Of a DNA stretch of 64,000 bases, positions 57,431 to 64,000 are shown piece after piece (within the stretch, counting starts at the first letter, position 1; the number at the start of each line of letters is the position of its first letter). The stretch is from a virus (Duplodnaviria; Heunggongvirae; Uroviricota; Caudoviricetes), in IMG/VR virus record IMGVR_UViG_3300031414_000001, positions 32,001 to 96,000 of that record; one strand, written 5' to 3'. The notes under the pieces were generated by a model. That model saw only the letters and a program-made list of their open reading frames with translations, made no database searches and was not told where the DNA came from. Position numbers and translations under genes: made by a program.

Positions 57431-60400
57431 TTACCAACCGAAGAAACCAGTGTTTAATTCGATTGAACTCTTTTCGTCTATAGCAATATCCATATCCAGA
57501 ATACCGAAGATATTACCCAATTTCTTTGTCAGTACTGCCAATTCCATAGCATCATCATCGAACGGAAGTTCTAGATACCACTCTGGTAAGTAATCTACAC
57601 AGTCAATTGGATAACCAATCTTCTTAATACCTAATGGATTCGGTTTTAGGTCACAAACAATTACTTTAGTACCGTCTGTTGCTTCTGGAACTGATTTATC
57701 ATCGTTCAAATCACGAAGTTTGTTCCATTGAATAGCGGCTAGTACGTGTCCTACCTTACATTTACCTGTATCCTGGTATTCTTTCTCTTTATTGGTATAG
57801 TTTTTCACTGTTTTTGGTGAACCTTTCTCAATACTTGGCTTGTCTTTGAACTCTTTCTTGAACGCACGAACACGTTTACGTAGTTCTTCTTCAGTTTCAC
57901 CCACCAGCAACGCAATTAGCGTTTCTTCTAGGAAGTTCTGGATGTATTTTGGTGTGTCTGAACGTTTAATTTCAAGACCCATAGCTTTGATTTTACCAGG
58001 TTTACCATCCACATCTAAACGGAACCCATCTTCCCAATATTTCAGAATAGCATAACGCTTCTTCTTCAAGAATAAACCACGAGAACCAACCATTTCTAAG
58101 TCAGCACCAACGATTTTACCCTTTTCAATACCAGTATTAAAGGTTTGATCCATAAATTCAGGGAATGATGCACCTACAGTGTCACCAATCATTTGATAAA
58201 GTTCTACAACTTCATCTTTAGACATTTCAAATGGAATGTCATTCTCTTTGTAGTAATGTGCTACGCTGAAATACACGGAATCCGTGTCACCATATACAAC
58301 TACACCACCACTATGATCGTATGTTTCAGTACATACTTCATTAATCTTACTCGCCATGTGCTTAGTCATGCTACGACCAGTTAATGTAACTGATTGTCCT
58401 AGACGTTTGTCGAAGAAACGTGAACCTTTGTTCAACAACGCACCATATAGTGAGTTTAGAAGAATCTTACGAATCTGTTGGTTCTGTTTCCAGAACGCAG
58501 ACTGAGTTTTACAGTACTTTTTATCGGAATCTTGTACGAATACACGACCATTCTCTAAACGCATACCATTATCAGCGATAATCTTAGCAAGTTCAGCATA
58601 ATTCTTGTCAGCAAGAGCTAAACGCATCAGATAAATCGGATCACCTTCGTGCAAGTTCGTTTTATGGATACCAGCACCAAATTGTAGTGATTTTAGTACT
58701 TCTTCAAGTTCTTGTAAAGCTTCTTCTGGCATTTCCCAACCATCTGTTGCCAGGTGTTTGTAGTCAATAACCATTTTCTGTTGTGCTTTACGTTCTGAGT
58801 ACCATACTGTAAGAATTTCTGGAATTACACCGTACTTAGTCTTATCAAATAGAGTACCGTTCGCACTTAGTACGATAGTACTGTCTTCACTAAAGATAAT
58901 ATCATATAATTCCGCACCTGTAGCTTGGAAACTTGTACCATCTTCTAGATCTACAGTAATGATTTCGTCAGATTTCTCACGAACCATTGTAAATTCAACA
59001 CTTGCGAACAAACCGTGCCATGCTTCAGTATATTTCGGCTCAAAACGTCCTTTTCCGCGATAACGCTGACGTTGTTCCTCAATACGTGCTGCTAGATAAG
59101 CTTCAGTATAAGTTTGACGTAGTTGACCAAGGATACATTCAGTACTCATGCCTAAAGCACGTAGAACTGTTGGATATAGTGAGTTAAAGTCCGTACAACC
59201 TAACCAATCAATCAATCCTAGTACTGGATCTTGTACCCAAGCACCAGCAGCCTTAGAACCTTTAGGTTGTTCGTCTTCATCATCTTCATCGTCATCATAA
59301 TCAATTTCGTAGTCCTGATATTCGAAATCAGCTTCATCATCATCAAGTTTACGCTTGTTGAATACTACTTCACCACGTTGGTGAGCCAGATTGATGATTG
59401 CCGTGTCAATTAGTGCTACTGAACCCATTGTAGTACTGATAAGTACACATTCTTTGTGTGCTAGTCGGTTATGTAGGTTGATGAAGTCCATTTTCTCGTC
59501 TATTTTCTTCAACAAGATACTATCTTGCTTAGAATAACGTAAGAATGTCATGTAATCTTCACGATATAACTTATCCAAAGACCCATCATAGGATACTTTG
59601 TTCTCGCCAGTTACTTTTTCAGCAATATAATCTAGTTTATATGACTGTTCTACTTGTCCAGCATGTTTCTTATAAAGAGCTAGATAGTCTAGGTGAACAC
59701 GTCCAACTAAATCAAAGGTTACAATGGTTTTACCAAACATATCTGCTTCACGAGCGTTTGGTTTCTTGTTCCATAAGCACCAACGAGCAAGAGTAGCTTC
59801 ATTAAAGAGCTTTCTTGTACGGTTTACCATGTATGGAATATCAAAGAATTCGCTGTTCCAGCCAGAGAGTACGTCGCCGTCTTCAATTAGCTCGAAGAAC
59901 GTTTCAAACATCTCTGTTTCTTCAGTATAGAGGATGACAATACTATCAGGATTGTCAGTTTCCGCATTGAGGCGGTTAATAATGTCCTGAGCTTCATGGA
60001 TTTCCATACCAGATGGAGCCATTGTAAGAACATAGTCCTTACCTGTCCAGCTTTGGTACAAAGAAATTGCTGTTACTCGGTTGAATGGATCACTCGGCTG
60101 AGCATATCCGAACTTAGGGTGAAAGTCTGTTTCAATATCGAAGAATACGATATTAAGGTCAGGAGAAGACTTACCCATGTAATGTTTCGCAAGGGTTTTA
60201 AATGTCACATTACAATCTGCTTCATAAATCTTAGCAGAAACAGGTAATGATTCCATTTGTTTTTTCATATCTGAATAGCGAGAGAACTCAAACTTCTCGG
60301 CAAAAGTGCCATTGATAGTTTTATGTTCACCACGTGGAGATTCTACATAGTACTCGTATACTGGTTCAATTTCGCGTAGAACACGACGACCATTAATACG

Positions 60401-60460
60401 TTCAGCAACGTGTAGTACTTCTCCAGTACGTTTCCTATCCATATATCCATCTATATACAT
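57431..60460 (-). CDS. 43: B-family DNA polymerase (T4 gp43-like)
   Basis: Exonuclease FDIET, WNSEFFD; polymerase DFNSLYP, KILLNSLYG, YGDTDS, KKRY. Confidence 0.97.
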   Translation of the reverse strand: MYIDGYMDRKRTGEVLHVAERINGRRVLREIEPVYEYYVESPRGEHKTINGTFAEKFEFSRYSDMKKQMESLPVSAKIYEADCNVTFKTLAKHYMGKSSPDLNIVFFDIETDFHPKFGYAQPSDPFNRVTAISLYQSWTGKDYVLTMAPSGMEIHEAQDIINRLNAETDNPDSIVILYTEETEMFETFFELIEDGDVLSGWNSEFFDIPYMVNRTRKLFNEATLARWCLWNKKPNAREADMFGKTIVTFDLVGRVHLDYLALYKKHAGQVEQSYKLDYIAEKVTGENKVSYDGSLDKLYREDYMTFLRYSKQDSILLKKIDEKMDFINLHNRLAHKECVLISTTMGSVALIDTAIINLAHQRGEVVFNKRKLDDDEADFEYQDYEIDYDDDEDDEDEQPKGSKAAGAWVQDPVLGLIDWLGCTDFNSLYPTVLRALGMSTECILGQLRQTYTEAYLAARIEEQRQRYRGKGRFEPKYTEAWHGLFASVEFTMVREKSDEIITVDLEDGTSFQATGAELYDIIFSEDSTIVLSANGTLFDKTKYGVIPEILTVWYSERKAQQKMVIDYKHLATDGWEMPEEALQELEEVLKSLQFGAGIHKTNLHEGDPIYLMRLALADKNYAELAKIIADNGMRLENGRVFVQDSDKKYCKTQSAFWKQNQQIRKILLNSLYGALLNKGSRFFDKRLGQSVTLTGRSMTKHMASKINEVCTETYDHSGGVVVYGDTDSVYFSVAHYYKENDIPFEMSKDEVVELYQMIGDTVGASFPEFMDQTFNTGIEKGKIVGADLEMVGSRGLFLKKKRYAILKYWEDGFRLDVDGKPGKIKAMGLEIKRSDTPKYIQNFLEETLIALLVGETEEELRKRVRAFKKEFKDKPSIEKGSPKTVKNYTNKEKEYQDTGKCKVGHVLAAIQWNKLRDLNDDKSVPEATDGTKVIVCDLKPNPLGIKKIGYPIDCVDYLPEWYLELPFDDDAMELAVLTKKLGNIFGILDMDIAIDEKSSIELNTGFFGW

Positions 60461-60519
60461 CTTATCTCCTTATAATTACGTACTTAAAACTAAAGCCCCA
60501 TCCATTGGGGCTTTATTTA

Positions 60520-60825
60520 TTACTCGTCTTCGTCTTCCATTGAAGCCAAGTTACCGGAAACGGTAAGGATGGTTTCAACTTCGTCCTGATCGCGAACTTT
60601 ATCGAAGAAGTCTTGCTTGTAGATACGCATCGCAGCAGATTTCAACTTAGATTTGTCAAGACCTAGTTCATCTGCTAGAGTATCCATGAAGTCGCCATAT
60701 GATTCTTTAAGTGTATCAAGGTGGGTCAACTGTACTACCGCAGAATTCAAGCCATCTTTGAGTTTCTTACGTTGTGCGTCGTTCAACTCATGTGCTTCAA
60801 TTTTAGATTCTGTCTTCTTAGCCAT
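60520..60825 (-). CDS. Small dsDNA-binding protein (T4 DsbA-like candidate)
   Basis: Helical 101-aa protein, LADELGL...AMRIYKQDF pattern. Confidence 0.5.
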   Translation of the reverse strand: MAKKTESKIEAHELNDAQRKKLKDGLNSAVVQLTHLDTLKESYGDFMDTLADELGLDKSKLKSAAMRIYKQDFFDKVRDQDEVETILTVSGNLASMEDEDE

Positions 60826-60845
60826 TTGTGTATTTCTCCATGTAT

Positions 60846-60878
60846 AAAAAAAAGCATCCTAACTCTCCGCTAGGATGC
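60846..60878 (-). terminator. Intrinsic terminator abutting the start site of a middle promoter
   Basis: Minus strand gcatccta-gcggagagt-taggatgc-T8. Confidence 0.7.
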
Positions 60879-60882
60879 CTAC

Positions 60883-60911
60883 ATTATAGCACAGGAATTT
60901 TACCCGTTTCA
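60883..60911 (-). promoter_or_regulatory. Phage middle-type promoter TGAAAC-N17-TATAAT
   Basis: 13-copy motif. Confidence 0.8.
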
Positions 60912-61322
60912 GTTATTTTTGAGCTTTTCTTCTAACTTAGCTTTGAGTTCTTCGAACTCTGCTTTCTCAGCAGCAGTCATTTTGGACTTCAACATCAACA
61001 TGAATAGTTGGTTTTTAATGTCCTCTGTTGTTTCCCTCTTAGGAAACTCAGTTAGATAGAATTTTTCACCATCATAAGAGTACTTAACTAGTTCCAGGTC
61101 ATCTGGAACATCTTCAGGCTGAACAATATGAAGATTAGTTTCATTTGGATTCAGTGTAGTAGCATCATGATTGAATCCTACTACAACATTACGTTCATTT
61201 GTTAGTACTTTAAGTGTATCTGTCTCAGTGTTATCAGCATAATCATACCAGTCTTGACCGTTTTCGTCAATCCAGTACTGAACATTACTGTAACCACCTT
61301 CTTTATTATATCTCTTAAACAT
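60909..61322 (-). CDS. Tail fibre assembly chaperone
   Basis: DENGQDWY, DATTLNP, YSYDG; follows the tail fibre gene; start MFKRY. Confidence 0.75.
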   Translation of the reverse strand: MFKRYNKEGGYSNVQYWIDENGQDWYDYADNTETDTLKVLTNERNVVVGFNHDATTLNPNETNLHIVQPEDVPDDLELVKYSYDGEKFYLTEFPKRETTEDIKNQLFMLMLKSKMTAAEKAEFEELKAKLEEKLKNN

Positions 61323-62931
61323 CGTCAATTGTTCTCCATGAACCATCAATAAGAATTTGTACAGGTCTAGCAAACATAGTACGGAATTCATCTTTCTCAC
61401 CACTACTTGAACCAACCCAAAAACCAGTTACATATGAACCTGGAGCACAACGATAGGTAAATGTTTCATGACCTAATGATTCACGGTCTGTAGCAATTTC
61501 AGAACCACGACGCACATTAGTTACTACACCACCAGTAATACTTAGAGTTACGTTACCGTTAGCATCAGCAGTTGTTCCATTAATAGCACGTACAATATTA
61601 CGTCCACCAACAGTACCAGATTGACCACTAACAACTAAACCAGTAGTAGTTAGAACAGCAGTATTAGAAATACTTACTTCAGCACCACCAGCACTACGTA
61701 AACGAAGGGTGTTAGTACTAGAACTATGATAGATAGCAGCACGTTCACCACCTGAGCTATTCTGGAACCAGAATACTAGGTTAGTATCGTTAGCACGAAC
61801 AGCAGCACTGTTAGCAATGGTTAATGAACCAGTCATTACATCACCAGACTTCAATACATAACGAGCATCACCCGCATCTTGGTTCAAAGCAAGACTTGGT
61901 TCAGCAATATTATATAGCATAGCTACATTAAAGTGTCCAACATCAATACCAGTTAGATTATGGTTATGTGTTGTTGTATTTCCATTAGGATAAATTGGAT
62001 ATGTTGTTGTAAAAGCACGACGACTATCAGAACCTTCAGCGGCGGTAGTCCAATACTGTTGTTTATCACCAGTAATGATAGCACCTGTATAAGCACGACC
62101 ATCATTCCAAGTTTTACCTATAATGAATACACCATCATCGCCTTGGCTTCCACCTAGACCAATCATCATACCAGTACCGTGATAGTGATCAGGTACAGTA
62201 ATGGTGGCTGAACTAATAGTACCTGAGCCTGCGATTACTGAATCAATTTTAGTTACACCACTAGTGGTTATTCCTTTCATGTATGCTTCTTGGTTTAAAT
62301 TTGGAACAACTTTAGTTACAGTTGTAGTACCATTCCATGTCCACCATAAACCATCAGCGAAAGCCCAACCAGTTTTAGTTACATAAGGTGCTGCTTGAGT
62401 ACCATTACGTCCTGATTGTCCACCAGTTACCCCACTCAACTGTTCACGAATACTCGCAACAGATTGTCCAGAAGTTAATGCGTATTGCATAATACTACCA
62501 GGAGGTGAAGATGTAAACAATCCAGGAACTGCTGTTCCACCACCACTTGTACTGGTAGGGAATACAATATTCAAGTTTGTTCCACTTACAGAAGCAGAAG
62601 CAACAGCACTTGAACTATAGGTAACAGTACTAACGCGGTTAGCAAGTTGGTTATAAATGTTTGTCAATGAAACATTGACTGGAGCTAGAATATCATCTTG
62701 AGATAGCAATTCTACCCATGAAATTCCGTTATGATATTTTAATGTTTTTGAGGTAGTGTCAAAGACAACTGCCCCAGCTTCACCGATTGGTAAAACCTTA
62801 TTAGGCATAATAATCGAAGAAGCATTAAGTCTTAATGGACGTGGAACCGTTGGTGTTCCACCTTCAATGACTATACTTGCTGTATTAGTACTAGTTATAG
62901 TACCAGCAGCGTGATTAAATCTTATACTCAT
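61315..62931 (-). CDS. Tail fibre protein
   Basis: G/T/S-rich; HxH motifs, YVLKSGDVMTGSL, VRAINGTTADANGNV, C-terminal RPVQILIDGSWRTI. Confidence 0.85.
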   Translation of the reverse strand: MSIRFNHAAGTITSTNTASIVIEGGTPTVPRPLRLNASSIIMPNKVLPIGEAGAVVFDTTSKTLKYHNGISWVELLSQDDILAPVNVSLTNIYNQLANRVSTVTYSSSAVASASVSGTNLNIVFPTSTSGGGTAVPGLFTSSPPGSIMQYALTSGQSVASIREQLSGVTGGQSGRNGTQAAPYVTKTGWAFADGLWWTWNGTTTVTKVVPNLNQEAYMKGITTSGVTKIDSVIAGSGTISSATITVPDHYHGTGMMIGLGGSQGDDGVFIIGKTWNDGRAYTGAIITGDKQQYWTTAAEGSDSRRAFTTTYPIYPNGNTTTHNHNLTGIDVGHFNVAMLYNIAEPSLALNQDAGDARYVLKSGDVMTGSLTIANSAAVRANDTNLVFWFQNSSGGERAAIYHSSSTNTLRLRSAGGAEVSISNTAVLTTTGLVVSGQSGTVGGRNIVRAINGTTADANGNVTLSITGGVVTNVRRGSEIATDRESLGHETFTYRCAPGSYVTGFWVGSSSGEKDEFRTMFARPVQILIDGSWRTIDDV

Positions 62932-62973
62932 ATAAATCAGTCCTCACGTTTATATTATAGAGATATTTATGAA

Positions 62974-63285
62974 TTATTCCTGAGCTTCATCAAGATCATC
63001 TTTTACGCCATCTATCATATTGGCTGCGAGCTTTTTAGGCATTTTATACCACTCTTTACCAGTACCTTGAGTTGCGTTCATCTGCTTTAGACGTTTATTA
63101 ACTTCCTTTTCAGCAGCTTTAGCATCTTCAAATTGTACTTCATGATAAACTTCATAATCTCTAAACGGAGAACCAGTTTGATACGTACTTAATCTGGTTT
63201 TCATTTCTTCTTTTGACGTAAATCCAATCTTAACCCATTCAGGCCAAGCTTGATTCACGATTACGTAACAAATTTGATTAGCCAT
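62974..63285 (-). CDS. GIY-YIG-like (T5orf172/MUG113) domain protein
   Basis: YVI..WVKIG..RLSTYQTGSP..EKEV..EWY. Confidence 0.8.
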   Translation of the reverse strand: MANQICYVIVNQAWPEWVKIGFTSKEEMKTRLSTYQTGSPFRDYEVYHEVQFEDAKAAEKEVNKRLKQMNATQGTGKEWYKMPKKLAANMIDGVKDDLDEAQE

Positions 63286-63314
63286 AACATTTCCCCTCTA
63301 AATTAGTGGGGTAT

Positions 63315-63743
63315 TTAGCCTTTCAAAATCTGTACTTTTACGCCATGATTGCTTAAATTTTGTAGTACTGGATTAGAATTCAACATTTCTCGTACTGGAA
63401 CTGGTTGATTGAACTCAGTTACTTGTGTAGCACCAAAAGTAATTGGAGGTGAGTCATTAAGCATTGGAGCACCTGGATTTTCACGTGTTAGCTTACCTTG
63501 ATAGTACTGAATATATTGCTCATATGTCATTTCTTGAATATCTGAACACATAACATCGTTGACATAACGATTCATGTCATAGTAAACTGTTTCGAAGCCA
63601 CAACAAAGTACTCCTAAGTCTTCGATGTATCCAACCATCTTATACTCTTGGAATAGTACTTCGAATTTGCTGTATACACTACGGTGATATTCTTGTTTAG
63701 TGTTAAGATACACTACGACTATTGAATCTGGTTTAATGATCAT
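63315..63743 (-). CDS. Hypothetical protein
   Basis: Start MIIKP with GGAG SD, behind a middle-type promoter. Confidence 0.65.
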   Translation of the reverse strand: MIIKPDSIVVVYLNTKQEYHRSVYSKFEVLFQEYKMVGYIEDLGVLCCGFETVYYDMNRYVNDVMCSDIQEMTYEQYIQYYQGKLTRENPGAPMLNDSPPITFGATQVTEFNQPVPVREMLNSNPVLQNLSNHGVKVQILKG

Positions 63744-63758
63744 ATTATTGTCTCCATG

Positions 63759-63787
63759 ATTATAGCACAAAAGGTGCTCGCGTTTCA
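63759..63787 (-). promoter_or_regulatory. Phage middle-type promoter TGAAAC-N17-TATAAT
   Basis: 13-copy motif. Confidence 0.8.
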
Positions 63788-63825
63788 ACCAATATGCTAT
63801 TTACTTTATGGATTCCAGAAACGCG

Positions 63826-63850
63826 AAAAGGACGCATATAGCGTCCTTTT
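63826..63850 (-). terminator. Intrinsic terminator after the capsid gene, AAGGACGC-stem family
   Basis: aaaaggacgc-atata-gcgtcctttt. Confidence 0.8.
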
Positions 63851-63895
63851 CTTTGATAAAACATCAGATTTATTTAAATCTAAATGGTCACTTCA

Positions 63896-64000
63896 TTACA
63901 TGAAGGTTACGTTGCGGATAGCAATTTTGCTGTAGTAGTCAGCAGCGTTACCTAGAGATGAAGTACTGTCGGTTAGTTGTACGTAGCCATAACGAGTTAG
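63896..64000 (-). CDS. 23: C-terminus of the major capsid protein (gp23-like), partial
   Basis: Manual translation LTRYGYVQLTDSTSSLGNAADYYSKIAIRNVTFM*; TRYG motif, strong codon bias, terminator follows. Confidence 0.75.
   Translation of the reverse strand, partial: LTRYGYVQLTDSTSSLGNAADYYSKIAIRNVTFM

Noticed and set aside
57431-60460. Extra ~90 aa in the PolB fingers region as a possible intein
   Set aside because: No Cys/Ser start, His-Asn end or LAGLIDADG motif; this region is length-variable in gp43 homologs.
62974-63285. Mobile homing endonuclease
   Set aside because: Only a 103-aa T5orf172-type domain with no DNA-binding extension; no evidence of mobility.

Overview
This window is a 64 kb segment of a large, AT-rich (about 35% GC by eye) T4-superfamily jumbo myovirus. 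The gene content resembles the Rak2/GAP32/PBECO4/CBB-like enterobacterial jumbo phages (inference). Almost all genes are on the minus strand. Replication and recombination core: B-family DNA polymerase, clamp, clamp loaders, primase, DnaB-like helicase, gp32, UvsX/Y/W, Dda, two RNases H and two-subunit topoisomerase II. Nucleotide metabolism: nrdA, nrdB, DHFR, MazG-like and HAD enzymes. Virion and packaging: large terminase, tail fibre, probable head/core proteins, and the last codons of the major capsid gene at the right edge. No tRNA, rRNA, CRISPR array, intron or intein was seen. Main observations: (1) the palindrome AGTACT is enriched roughly 9-fold, in all reading frames; (2) a minimal DnaE (Pol III alpha) catalytic core is split into two complementary genes 33 kb apart, alongside a PolB; (3) an apparently dead terminase-ATPase paralog is coupled to terL; (4) a promoter with a non-canonical -35 (TGRAAY-N17-TATAAT) occurs 13 times; (5) late promoters are nested in hairpin loops; (6) candidate capsid-internal zincin/GNAT proteins are present; (7) there are host-like translation and proteostasis factors (IF3, YggL, Hfq-like, ClpS, two GroES). 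All calls come from motif recognition by eye; no searches were run.
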